64,000 bases of DNA from Puccinia triticina. Its lineage: Eukaryota. The notes beneath the pieces were generated by a model. The model made no database searches, was not told where the DNA came from, and saw nothing but the letters and a program-made list of their open reading frames with translations. The position numbers were made by a program, and so were the translations under genes. Numbering within the stretch: the first letter of the stretch is position 1; the number at the start of each line of letters is the position of its first letter. Below are positions 48,868-61,518 of this stretch, one piece after another. The DNA lies in the NCBI GenBank assembly GCA_026914245.1, contig CP110439.1, positions 6,262,001 through 6,326,000 of the forward strand, written 5' to 3'.

Positions 48868-49447
48868 TCACTGACATCCAATCCGTCACTCTCACTTGAA
48901 CCTTGAAGCACTTCGACTGATTCTCTGCTATGACCGCGGCGCAAACCTCTGCGGAAATCAAACAAAATATATCTATATTGGCTTCCTCATCTACATGCTT
49001 CACTTTGTGCTAAGCTCCCCTGGCCCCCATTGGGAGCCTTCAAGGGCACTTTATCTTGTTTTCTCTTCTCTCTGACCAAAGTAAATCAATGGACCTCCAG
49101 AAAACACGTTCTCCTCGTACAAATTTACCTTGCCTGGTTCCTGGTTGGATTGGGGGCTATTGGGAGTTGAAAAGCTCAGGGGAAAATCCAGGAGAATGCT
49201 GCCAATCTCTCCAAGCATCTCAAAAACGCATTTATTCAAGCGGTCCTGGGGTCAGCACGAAGCAGTGAGATGGCGTTGGTTGCGTGTTGTTTGTGTTTTT
49301 CTGAGCGGGTCGAGCGGATCACGCGCTCGCCACGCGCCGGGCACTGGCCAAGTTCCCGCCGAGCTGTACACACGCTACATCCAGCGGGAACCACGACGGA
49401 ACGAGCGCTTGACCGCCGACCCGAAGCAAGTCGAAGCCGCGGAGACG

Positions 49448-50925
49448 ATGTTGATCGGCCTGATTGGACCGCGAGGGGCGGGGAAGAAGACGATCGCCGA
49501 GGAGCTCGTGCGCCGGCACTCGTTCCGGCTGCTCTCCATCGACCCCGGGCCAGCAGCGACTAGCACCATGGCGGCTGGACCCGAAGAGGAGAAGCCGGGC
49601 CAGGCCGGATCCGCCGACCCCGCCTCCTCCCCCCAGATCGTCTTCTCCTCCGCCCAGGAACTCCTCGACTTCTCGACCTCCAACTGGACCCACCATTTCG
49701 TCACCCTCGATCTTCGCTCCAAAGCAGACATCGTGCCCTTCGTCAAACGCCCATCCTTCGTCCTCGTCTTCGTCCAGGCCAGACTCCTCGACCGTTGGGC
49801 TAGGACGCTCTCCATCGCTCAAAACCCTTCCTCCCTGTAATGTCTCCTCCCTTCTTGATTACGAACGGAGCGGTCGGACGAAGGAACTGACTGAAGATGC
49901 GGCTTTTGGCACACACATCTCGACGGTCGGAACATTCTTCGGGGGGGCTTTTGTCTTCGTGAGGCAAGTAAAGAAGCTTTGAAGAGTTTGTGAGGGAAGA
50001 TGATACGATACAATTCGGGAGCAGGGCGCCGGCGGGGGAGGAAGGACTCGCGACGGAGATGGAGGAGATGATGCTGAGCATGCCGTCGCAACTGACGCGA
50101 AAGCTAGAGCAGATGAAAGTGGGCAGCCCGGCGGCGACCGATGCATCAGAGAGAGAAGAGGAGGGGCCGAGCTCGATCCGCACGCTGATGAGTCTCGTCG
50201 CGTACTCGATCACCAACGACCTCCCCCTCCCCGCCTTCCTCGTCTCCCTCACCGACCTCCATCTCCCCAACATCCGCAAATCTATCCGTCCATCCTGGGA
50301 CACTTACTTCACCTCGCTCGCTAATCTCGCCTCGCTCAGAAGTAACTGCATGAAACGCAGAGTCGGCGCCGTCCTCGTCACCGTCGACAAGCGCGTCCTC
50401 AGCACGGGCTACAACGGCACCCCTCGCGGAATGGGTACGCATTTCCCTCCTCCCAGTCGAGAGCCGAAAACCACAAGCTCAGCCTGATCACAGCCCTCCA
50501 CCCACCTTCTGGCTCTTGGCAGTCAATTGTAACGAGGGAGGATGCGGGCGATGCAATGGCAAGAACTACGCGCCGGGCCGGCTGACCTCGCGCGACAAAG
50601 TAGTAGCCGGATGCGGAGAGAACCTGGAAGAGTGTTTGTGTTTGCATGCGGAGGAGAATGCGTTACTGGAAGCCGGCCGGGACCGGATCACGAACTCGAC
50701 TCTCTATTGCAACACGTCAGTCTCTTTCCCCCGGATCTGATGTACGAGAGGGGGGCGTTCTGAGTGATTTGCATGCGCGGATACAGATGCCCTTGCTTGA
50801 GATGCTCGATCAAGATCGTCCAGTGCGGCGTCAAGGAAGTCATCTACTCCCAGTCCTACTCCATGGACCAACAGGCACAGAAGATCTTCCTGGAGGCCGG
50901 CATCAAGCTCCGCCAATTCCATTGA
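49448..50925 (+). CDS. DCD1: dCMP deaminase
   Basis: N-terminal P-loop-like [64 protein letters not shown] zinc motifs; several introns. Confidence 0.95.
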
Positions 50926-51150
50926 ATCCTATCGATTTGTGGACTTTTTTTGTGTCTTCGGTTGTCGTCTTCGGTCTTGTATTCGGATTTTTTATTTCGT
51001 TTGGCAATTTGCGGCTGCCTGATCTGCTGCATCTTACAAAGTCTTTCTGTTGGTTCATTGAATGGATAGCTCTCTATCCCTCATCGCCATGATCGGATGA
51101 ACCCCTGTTTTGTTTTCTGTTCAAAAGCAATCCGGATGCAAGGAATCTGA

Positions 51151-51155
51151 TGTCG

Positions 51156-51187
<32 letters not shown>

Positions 51188-51402
51188 AGGTTGGGCTAAC
51201 TCTAAGTGCCTGCTTTACCACTAAGCTACAAAGCCTGAGTTGCCAGATTCATAATCTAACATCCTCCCGGAATCTGGATGCTCTAAGGCTCTCCTAGACC
51301 CGCTGGTGTGCTCTCTCCTCTGCAGGTACGCTTGGCTCTTTGAGCTTGAGACTGTAAATCTGTCAGAACAGAAATGGCTCCACCAGGACTCGAACGCGGG
51401 TT

Positions 51403-51434
<32 letters not shown>

Positions 51435-51612
51435 GCTACAAAGCCTGAGTTGCCAGATTCATAATCTAACATCCTCACGGAATCTGGATGCTCTAAGGCT
51501 CTCCTAGACCCGCTGGTGTGCTCTCTCCTCTGCAGGTACGCTTGGCTCTTTGAGCTCAAGACTGTAAATCTGTCAGAAAAGAAATGGCTCCACCAGGACT
51601 TGAACCCGGGTT

Positions 51613-51644
<32 letters not shown>

Positions 51645-51681
51645 GCTACAAAGCCTGAGTTGCCAGATTCATAATCTAACA
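51151..51681 (-). mobile_element. Tandem-array TRIM: three 111-bp tRNA-containing LTRs and two 99-bp internal segments
   Basis: LTRs 51151-51261, 51361-51471 and 51571-51681 (TGTC...TAACA), period 210 bp; 5-bp TSD TCTGA (51146-51150, 51682-51686). Confidence 0.9.
51165..51235 (-). pseudogene. tRNA-like unit in TRIM LTR (also at 51375-51445 and 51585-51655)
   Basis: GGCTTTG TA GCTT AGTGGTA AAGC ... GGTTCGAGTCC TGG TGGAGCC A then TTTCTTTT. A box, B box and Pol III terminator are present; the anticodon stem is imperfect. Confidence 0.8.
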
Positions 51682-54249
51682 TCTGAATGGCCAGTCTAAC
51701 CTGATCTTGTACCCCAGATCCGACACTCTCTACCCAACGTAAGAGGGTGACATGTTACTTACCCAGGACAATTCATGGTGACAGAGACTCTCATTATTTA
51801 GGAGCAAAAGCTTCTCCTACTAAGACGACGCCATTTGGCAAGGAAAAAGTGGGTTGCTGAAGTACCACAAGCTTGTCAATGGGGCTCTGTCACCGCAGTC
51901 TGTGAGAAGCAGAACATTGGCTCATAGTGGATATGTTCAGAGAAGCTGCCTGTAAAAGAATCTCCATGTGTAGTGTGTAATTTTTAGGTTGGTTGTTAAT
52001 GCACACCTAACACGGTGAAGAGTTAAGGGTCGCATTTTTCCGTGCAACACCCAGACGAATTCACGCCAGTCACTGCGCAAGCTGCACAGTAACTGCAGAT
52101 GCAACCCCAACAAACTCGTCTGGGTCAGGGCATAGCACGGTGATATTTGACACATTTTTTGGGCCCCTCAAATACTGATTTGTTGTATATTCAAGTATTT
52201 GGTGATGTTTGACGGAAAAACTTCCAGAATACATTAAAAACACCAAAAAATTACATTTTTTGTGTTTTTGACTTATTTTGGGGGGATATTGAATGTTACA
52301 AGGTACAAGGCCCTGTAAAAAATATCTTTGTAAAAGTACACATTAAGGGGGGGTATGTGTAATTTTACAATGTGTTGGCTAGATTCCCACCTGGTAATGT
52401 AAAAGCAACCTTGCAAAATTATATCTGAAGTCTTCCATGTGGAATTTTAATTGGTGTTTTTTTGCAAAGTGCCACCTTGTAAAAAAAAGTACCTTGCAAA
52501 ATTGCATATTTGCAGCAAAAACCTGAATTTTACAGGGCAAATTTTGAGGGAGCAGTACACCATGCAAAACATCCAAGTTTATTAAAGCCTCTGAATCACA
52601 AAAGAAAACTTCAAGGGTTTCCCCTACAGATCTGCAAAAATCACAAAAAAAAATCAAGGGTTCCCCCTCTACAACTTCCAGAAAAAAAACAAGAAGGGTT
52701 TTCCCTCTACAAATGCCAAACAAAGTTTTACATGAACAAACTATGCAACCAGCCACCTAACATCAGCAAGCTGATGAACTGTGGCCCACCATCCATCCCT
52801 GTCTAGCAGGGTTAAAAAATGGTGAGAGGATGACCCCCAGCGCGCCGCATTGAAGGCATTATGCAAAGGGGGGCCAACGAGTGTAGCCCCTCAAACTGCG
52901 CAAGTGCAACAGCGGAGGGGGGGAGGACAAGCCGCAAGCTGGAAGTGCAGCGGCAGAGAACGCCCTGGGGTTAAACAATCACAAACCCCAGGTTTATATA
53001 CCCCTGCATAAATCATCCACCCAGCCCTTGCCCAAATCCACCCTGGATACCATGGCCAACAACACCACCACCACACCTCTGCCTCATCTTGGATCAAGCA
53101 ACCCCACCCTTTGAGCCCTGCGCCACGCTCCCCATTGGCTAGACATCTGCAATAAACTCAAACCAGGCAAGTCACCACTGGTTTTCCTATCTCCTGCACC
53201 ATCTTCTAAGCTGTTTCGGATACCGCGCAAGTCAATTCAGAGAGCGGGGTGGCCAGCGCAAAAGCCTACAGCACTTGCCAAACAAGATCCTACAGCTCAG
53301 TAAGCTCCGCCAGCACCCCAACGACCAATCTCAACCAGCGGCAGCCCTCACTATCAAGTGCATTCGCTTGTCTTCACCAAAAGCAGTCTCAATCCAGTGC
53401 AGGCCTTCAAGATTTCATGTGAGTATTTTATCAGCACAATGTGTATCTGGATAAATTCCCCCAGCCGATGCAGTAAACCAAACCAGCTTTCACAGATGCC
53501 AAGTCAAAAGTTTTCCCTGTCTACACTCAAGCCCCTGTCAGGAACACAAGTCCCAGAAAATCTGTACGGTTGTATGCCAAGGCTGTGAATTTTCCAAATG
53601 GAATATCCAAGTTTTGTTCTCTCTATTATCCCCTCACTCCAACACATTTGGTCGGCCTTGCAATTTTTACTAACATAATGATTTCTTGTGTGTTACAAAA
53701 AAATGAAAATAATATTAGGGTGAATGGCATTGTAACAGCGCAGGAAGAGGGACTAAGCTCAAAGGAATTGAATTCAACAACGGAGAATGGCAGTTGACTT
53801 GTTTCTGTTTTGCTGGGAACCTCGACGGCACCTGTCACTGACCTCACTGTTGTTTCACGGTGTGAACCTTCTTTTTGGTTTCCAAAAAATCAGTGATTAC
53901 AATGAGAAGAGTGGCTTGCCCGTCAGCATTACAATTGCTCAAGTTGAGTGTTGTGCTGGTCATCAACTATTACATTGTGTTCATTGGAGTAGTGGAAGGA
54001 TGCTACAGACACAATACTGAAACAACATTAATTTTGCTTTATCAGACTGAGATCGTCCGAGCGTAACAAGGTGTACTGAACGCAACAATGTGTAAGATGC
54101 AATTATCAAAGTCCATGACTCTGTGGCTTGTTTTTTTTCATTCTTGAAGGTGTATTCTCAAGAGTCAAGACCATATCAGTTGGCTGCCTGGGGCCTGGAT
54201 CAAGTCGGTGTGGGTAGTAATGATCATGAGATTCAGCACTTTCTCTGCC

Positions 54250-55450
54250 TAGCCATGGCTCTTGCGACGAGCTACATGAACATTTGTACGGTATAACAGA
54301 AGGTCAGATTGAGCAAAACCACGGACTAACCAAGTAGAGCAGACATTTCCAGCAGCACCGCACTCCACCCGCTCGTCATCCGTCATGTCTTCCTTCTTCT
54401 TGCCCTCACACGGCGGGCTCGGCAAGATGACAGAGATCCGCAGCCATCCATCTTTGAGTGCGCTCTGTTGCTTCTTGATTCCTTTGCACTCTTCTTCCCC
54501 GGCCACCCTCGCCAGTCAATTCACTCGCACAGTTTTTTGCGAGTTTTCCTGGTGGGAAGCGTGCTCTGCTTCTACTTGAGCCGGCCGGTCTTCATTCTTT
54601 TCCTTCTCCGCCGCCAGCGCTTCCAGATCTTGATTGTTGACAGCTTCTTCATCATTGCCTTGATCTCCGCCTTCTTCTTGCTGAAGTGCGCATATTTTTC
54701 CATGGCTCCGATCAAAAATAAGGCTTTCGAAATCGAGACCCTTTTTGACCATTGGTTTCATCATTTGAGACAATCCGCACCGCTGCTGTTATATAGGCTT
54801 TGAGATCTCTCAACTCACCTCAACATGTTGCATCCCCACTCATGCTCTAAGATCTTGACAAATGTTGTGAACTGATCAGAGCCGGCGCAATAATGTCTGC
54901 TGAGAGGACTCAACGAAGTCAATTGCTCCTGATCAAATTTCAACAAGCCTGCAGCGATGACATGACTGCCAGTGAGTAAGCTACTGTGCTGAAATTCACC
55001 AGTTTGCTTGATGCCGACGTACATGTTTCCACTCTGATCAGCAACCAAGATCCAAGTGTTGGCATTGAGAGTCTTTTGGAGCAAGTTTTCCATGATTGCT
55101 TTGGGATCAACATGTGACTTGAGTTGAGCCACAACACCGGACTTTTGAGGGGTTGCTTGTGTGTCTTGTGAAAGGATGGAACTTGCAGAAATCAGCATTG
55201 AGGAATATGAATCACTGGATGCACTCTCACCCCTTTCTTTGGCAACTTCAAATTCTTCCAGAGTTGCATCCACAATTCCATGCCCATTCCTCAATTCTTT
55301 ATGTCTACTGTGCGCTGTGTCATCCGGCCTGGAATCTACCACAAGCACAACACACGCTCAAAGACAGCTCAGTGATCCCCCTTTGGCCAGAGTACATGAC
55401 TAGATAGTCAAGTCTCCATGATATAACCACTGGTGAAATTGTGAAAAATC
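54250..55450 (-). pseudogene. IQ calmodulin-binding-motif (IQM-like) protein gene fragment
   Basis: NTWILVADQSGNMYVGIKQTGEFQHSSLLTGSHVIAAGLLK...LTSLSPLSRHY matches the conserved IQM C-terminal core; stops present; N-terminus lacking; ends approximate. Confidence 0.75.
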
Positions 55451-56463
55451 ATTGGTCACACCCTTCAATTTATTAGAACAGTTCAAATTTGACCCTGACT
55501 GCTGCTGGCTTGCTTGTGTAACACTTCTTGTTGGTTTCAGAAATTCATTAAATTACCAGCCAAATTGGCTTGAGCTTGTAAGTTGAAACCTCAAATGCTC
55601 TGCTGGTTTGCAATTTTCCTGTTTCTGAAGAATTTCAAATGGGAACCGTCCTAGCATGTTTTTTGAATTCTATGGTGGTCAAGCAAACAAGTTGTTTTCA
55701 TTTCTGACTGGTCCCAAGGATCTAAATGAATATCGATCAAATCATTTGGTCCAGGCAGGGAAAATAAAGTGTGGCTAGACTTATGAAGCAAGATAATATG
55801 CAACATGGGAGACGATGCAACTGACAATTATAATTCCAGCGGCAAAGCCGCCTTGGCCTCTAGTACCTTGTAAAAATCAAAAACAATGGCAACCAGGTTT
55901 GAAATTACAAGGTGTTGTGTAAATTTTACAAGGTGGTTTTGGTACACTGCACAAAATCTACCTTGTAAAAATCAACAAAAGTGGTTACAAAGCTCAAATT
56001 TTTGCTGTGGGAAATTTACAAGGCAGTTTCTTTTTTTTTTTTTTTTTGGAAAAACCACTGCTACCAACTGCACTTGGAAAAAATGAACTTCTGCTGGAAT
56101 TATGAAGTTTCTGTGAGTCATGAATCACCATATAACCCTTGGTCAAAGTTGATGTCAGTGGAGTGAATTCTCTTATTGCTCCTGCACCTTCAATAATTTC
56201 AGGAGGAGTGCATATTGGACAATGTGCAGTTTGGGGAAGTCAATTTTCCAAAGGAAAAAGGAGTGAAAACACCCTGTAAAATCTCCACAACACGTTGTAA
56301 ATTTGAACCTGGTAGTCATTGTTGTTGATTTTTGCAACACATATTTTGCTTGGTGTACTGCTTCCTCAAAATTTGTCTTGTAAAATTCAGGCTTTTGCTG
56401 CAAATATGCAATTTTGCAAGGTACTTTTTTACAAGGTGGCACTTTGTGAAAAAAAACAAAGTA

Positions 56464-57338
56464 TGTTGAAATCTCCTTCTCTTGGCTGCGCTACCAACAG
56501 CGCGCTGATTTGTGCATCACTCGGGGTCCCCGATTGGTTCCCGATTCCTCTCATTTCCGTTCTCTCCTCCATTCTTTCTCTCCTCAAACTTCTCCCTAAA
56601 ACTCCCTGAAACACCTTCATCGACCAGTCTCACCAGCTCCGCCGTGTCATTCCTGAAACCTTCTCACAACCACAAGCTGGCCGACTGAAGCAATCTCTGC
56701 AACCACAACTCAGCCACTCGCTTCTCATCTATAAAAGCAGCTTGTTTGCTCATCTCAAGCCTCTCCTCAGCAGACTTCTCAACTTTGAACTTCAACATTC
56801 AGCCCTTCTGCTCGGCCTCCGCTCCAAACTCTCACCCTTGACATCACTCACCATTCCCATCCTCAAGTTTCCAATCCGCCTTCGCATCCTCCCATCCACT
56901 CTACTCTACATCCTTTCTCTCTTTTCAATCATCATCCGATCTCATCGCTTTCGACCCAATCTCGGTCACACCTCAAGCTCAACTCCTCTGATTCTAGTGG
57001 CTCTGACCCACTCTCTAGACCTCATCAATTGGATCTTTCCAATTTGGTGAGAAACAACACTATCCTGCCTTCGTCAATAAACTCCGGTCGTCAACTTACT
57101 CACCATCTGAACCTCCCTTCTTGTTCTTTCTTTTCAGTGTCTACTATATCTCTTTGTTTGATCTTATCTATCTTAGTCTTTCCGTGCTTTTCCCCTCAAA
57201 AACTCACTCTCACCGTGGTATGCTCACCTTCTCTTTGAATACAGTCTATCGTGCTACTATTCAACAATTCTTGATATCTAACTTGTTTTTCATTTCAGTT
57301 CTGGTTCTAGTTTCAATAATAAAACCTGTTTTTCTTCA
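56464..57338. mobile_element. Solo LTR
   Basis: TG...CA ends; 5-bp TSD AAGTA (56459-56463, 57339-57343); splits an older repeat. Confidence 0.8.
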
Positions 57339-57946
57339 AAGTAAAATTCCATATGGAAGACTTCAGGTATAATTTTAGGGCAAGCCTTTATGCACGCCAA
57401 GGGGATGGCATGATAATTGTTTCAAGCCAAACATATTGGCGTGCCAGGGGTATTACGCCAGGAAGTATGGCGTGTTGCACCTGGAACCCCATATGCAACC
57501 AGTGTTTGGGGGTCACACGCCAAAACATTGCCAAATGATGGCGCGTGGGATTCAAGACACCAAAAAAATGGTGTGCGCGGTTTTTGGACGCCAAGATCTC
57601 CCTTCCCCCTTACTCTGTGTGGGATTCAAGACACCCAAAAAATGGTGTGCGCAGTTGTCGGAGGCCAAGATCTCCCTTCCCCCTCACTCTCATGATTTCT
57701 GGCGTACATGGAAAGCCACACTGACCACAGTTTGTGGTTTAAATGAACCTCCACGCCACATAATTTGTGGCGTGCATGAATGCGCTGCAAATTTTATTTT
57801 GTGAGCTTCTTGTCATTAATTCACAGCAATAGAACAAGAAGGAGGAAAATAAAACAACATAAAAAAGGGTAAGAAAAGAAAAAATAGAAAGAAATAAAAA
57901 AGCAAAATACAACTATCAAAAATAGCGCCGGTTGTAGAGCTTGAGC

Positions 57947-58594
57947 CTAACTTAACTAAGACCCTCTCTTTGTGGAGGGGGGACGCCATCCCGCAGGGAC
58001 CCTCCAAAGGAGGGGCTTATACACTATGCGCCAGTGCTTGCCCTACTCTTTCTTGTTTTTTTGCTGTTTTCCATTCTATTGCTTGTACCTCCTCAGTCGT
58101 GAGGAATAGAATGAAGGTTCCGCTGAGCCAAATGACCCCTTCCCTCTCCTGCATCTTGTAGAATATGTAGCATGATTTTTGGACCTTCTCACCATTTTTT
58201 ACTGTCATAATAAGACTTTCAAAGTGCTCAGGTTTGATGGCACCACTCCCTGTACTCTGACTGGTGGCTTTACATTACATAAGCAGCCTGAAGATGTATT
58301 GCCCATGGAAAACAAGGAAAAAGACCAATTTTGAAGTGAGTGGGACACTTGATTTTTGGCATGCTTGTAGAGAAGAAGCAGGCAGTCATGGCACACTGAA
58401 CAAGAAAAAAAAAGGTTGAGTGGATCAAATTTGATAGTGTTTCTAAAATTACGCCCTGCCAAATGCCAAAAACAGTAGGGCAGGTAGGGGGGTATGCGGC
58501 GCAAGTCCCTCCTTTGGAGGCTCGCTTCGCAAGGGGCGCTCCGCGCCAGCCAGGCTGCACCAGGCTCTCCAAAGAGGGTCTTGTGTTAAGTTAG
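57947..58594. mobile_element. Mutator-type MITE inserted at the 3' end of the MULE gene
   Basis: TIR CTAACTTAAC...GTTAAGTTAG; perfect 9-bp TSD AGCTTGAGC. Confidence 0.88.
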
Positions 58595-58603
58595 AGCTTG
58601 AGC

Positions 58604-61253
58604 CCCCCCAGGATTTTAGCCAGCCAAACTTTAGCAGCCTCGGAGGTGAAGCGGGTGGCCAAAACATTGGTTTTACCCCATCCTTAACCTCTATGTTGAC
58701 CAGAAACCAGTGATTTTTGTTGACATCGAGCATATAGATTGGGTCGGGATCTTGAGAATTGTCTGGTCCAAGTCGCAGGGGAAGATAGGGGTCACAAGTT
58801 GGAAGCAAAACAAAAAAAACTGGTCGTATGATTGCGTTTGAAAGGACTTGACCATGGGAGAGCTTTTCAAACCATTTAGTGCGGCCGGCCTTGGTTTTGA
58901 GGGTCTTCATGTTGAGTCCAGCAACAATCTTGTTGATTATCTTTCCTTTGACCTGTAGTTTTGAGTATAAGTCTTTCTTTGCAAGAATCTCTTTGACCAT
59001 CTCCTTTCTAACTTGGAACCACCCATCTTTGTTGTACCCAACAGCCTTGGCCACGCATTGAAAATCACAATTTCCATCCGGTTCCGGCTCAAAAATGTCT
59101 TTGATAAATCCCACAAGATGACTGGGTATCTGAGCTTTGTACAGCAGATCGGGCAAAAGGACCAGCTTTTTGACCTCACGCTTTTGAGCGTCGGATTGCT
59201 CAAGCTTGGCGACCTCAGATTCAGATGGCTTGTGCTTTGCGATGTCAGATTGATTGTTGACTTTCATTTCAATTTCTCGATTGAATTCTACTGCCTTGGC
59301 TTCAGACTCGTCTGGAGAAGTCTCATTGTCCACTGGATCTTGATTGGATTTGGAATCGGAAGAGTCAACATTTGATGGCTCAGATTCTTCCGGTGAATTG
59401 CTATTGTTGCCGCTTTTTTTAAGTCTGTTGGACTGCCGTTTTGGAGCCTTCAGGGCCCTCTTCTTCTTTTCCAACTTTAATTTGGCTTCAACTATCTCAA
59501 ATGCCGATGGGTCTCTTTTGGTTGATCTCACCCCACGTTTCTTGAGTGATGGCCTGCCCTTAGTATTTGTTTTGATAATTGGAGCTTGAATCGGAACAGT
59601 TGTATGAGTCCCGTCAAGCATTCTCTTGATGTGATCCAGGGTTTTACCAAGGTTATCCTTTGGCTCGTTATTGAGAGCTACTGTTAAATTACAGATCTCA
59701 TCCTCTAGATCAATTTCATCCTCTTCTGTCTCCTGAAAAATTGATCCAAAAACAATAGAGAGAGATGATCAGGTCAGGACATAAATTTCAGAAAAACAAC
59801 ATATCTTCCACATACCGAGATCTCAGGATTGAATTCCAAATGCCACTGCTTATGGAAATCTTTGGGTGACAAAGAACCGCTGCTTTCCAATATTTCTGAA
59901 ATTTTATGCGCACAAGGGATGCCAATCCCAATCAAAAAGGTTTTAGAACAATGTTCTGTTGGGTCAAGTTTGGAGAGCCGAGAAAGCTGAGTGAGACATT
60001 CTTTGATTGCAAACGTAGAGATATAGCCAAGGAGAGTTATGAAGCAGTTTGGAACGTTGATGAGCGTTTTGACAACGTCTCAACCAATTCTCTCGTGAAC
60101 CAGATTGATTTGGGAGTCAACAGCGTAAGCCAAAGAGCTGAAGACTGATAGCAAATCCCCCCTAGAGTTTGTCACAAAGGTCTTGAGGTAAACGTGGCCA
60201 GATTCAACCCTTGATGTGTTGAGGTTTCAGAGGTGAGGAAATTGGCATGCCCATGCAACGACAAATAGCTCTTTCACCAGAAGGATATTTTTTTCAAGAT
60301 ATTTGAGAACAGATGGACAAGTTGATAACAAGTTCTTCAAAGTATCCAGTCGCTCCTGATAAATCTTGGCCAACTTTGAGGATGTTACTTCAATGAAAAA
60401 CGTTTACCAGATACGCTCCATGTATTGTAATTGTTTCAGCGTTGGCAGTGCGTAAGGCAGTATCTCAATCAGTTACAAAGACCTTTGGCGTGCGCTGAGG
60501 GCACCAAACAAGCTTTTTGAGATTGTTAACAGCCCAGAGGTAGTTCTCTTGATCTTGGTAGGTCATATAGCAGAAACCGACTGAGAACAATTGATTGGAC
60601 ACTGCCTGACCAACAATGTGAAGCAGAGGGATATCATATTTATTTGTTTTGTATGTTGAATCTAAGAGGGCCACGTGATGGTTGATGCCAGCAAGGTGAA
60701 GGGATTCTGGGTGAGCAAAAAACACATTCTGAATGTTACCGTTTGGGTCAACCTGAACATCCCACATCCAGTTTGATTCTTTCAATACTTGCAAAAGGGC
60801 TTCAGTTGGTGAACAACCATCTAGATCTTCGCGGCGGATCCTCTGGAGCGCTTTGCTCACAGTTTTGTTAGTCGCAAACGTTTCATTATCTGATGTTTGG
60901 GGTTGCAGAAGGATCTGGGATGGCTTGAGATTTGATTGCAATAGCTTTGGGATCTCCTCAAGTTTGGCAGGGAGAAGTTTCTTGTGTGCAGTGTGGGATG
61001 TTGGTCCATCCAAAGGTTCATGATTGTGTTTAGCGTGTAGAGTCTCCAAGGTCCAATGCTTGATTTCAATTTTATTGCTTGTAGGTACCAATCCTTTCAG
61101 TTTAAAGAGGCAGCTGGTCTTTGATGAGGTTTTTTTTTGGCCGGATTGATTTGAAAGAGAGTCACAAAACTCCCCTGAACAATCACAAATAACATATATG
61201 TGTTTGTTGCGATGAGAACTCCCCATGGCAACTGCATATGAAAATGGTTTCAA
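58604..61253 (-). pseudogene. MULE/FAR1-type transposase with C-terminal OTU-like domain, decayed
   Basis: CDCSG...CLFKL...HNHEP (FAR1-like); LLDSTYKTNKYDIPL...PKVFVTD (MULE DDE); NTSRVESGH; TKGRP; DGNCDFQCVA...HW (OTU-like); several frameshifts and stops. Confidence 0.85.
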
Positions 61254-61518
61254 AATTTTTCATTTTTTATCATTCTTGTTGCATGCCATACTGTGCTCTC
61301 TAATTTTCCCCCCTTGGTTTGGACAGTAATGAGCATTCTGAGAAATTTGCAAGAAATTCAAAAATTTCCACATTTTTCATTTTTATTTTTAGTTTTTTTA
61401 TTTTTTTTATTTCATAATCATTCTTAGGAACTTATTTTCCACCCCTGCAGCCAATCTCATGACTTATAGGCTGTAGCCTGAGCTTCTGCATTCAAAAAAG
61501 TGGCCCCAAAAACATTAG

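Larger units (their letters stand above)
52414..57376. repeat. Inverted repeat pair (52414-52562 vs 56351-56460 plus 57344-57376) of a CCTTGTAAAA-rich family
   Basis: AAGTGCCACCTTGTAAAA...GCAGTACACCA and AAAATTATA(T/C)CTGAAGTCTTCCAT recur as reverse complements; the right arm is split by a solo LTR. Confidence 0.65.

Noticed and set aside
51165..51655. Cluster of three functional tRNA genes
   Set aside because: Anticodon stem has two mismatches, the acceptor has three G-U pairs, and the units sit in TG..CA repeats bounded by one TSD.
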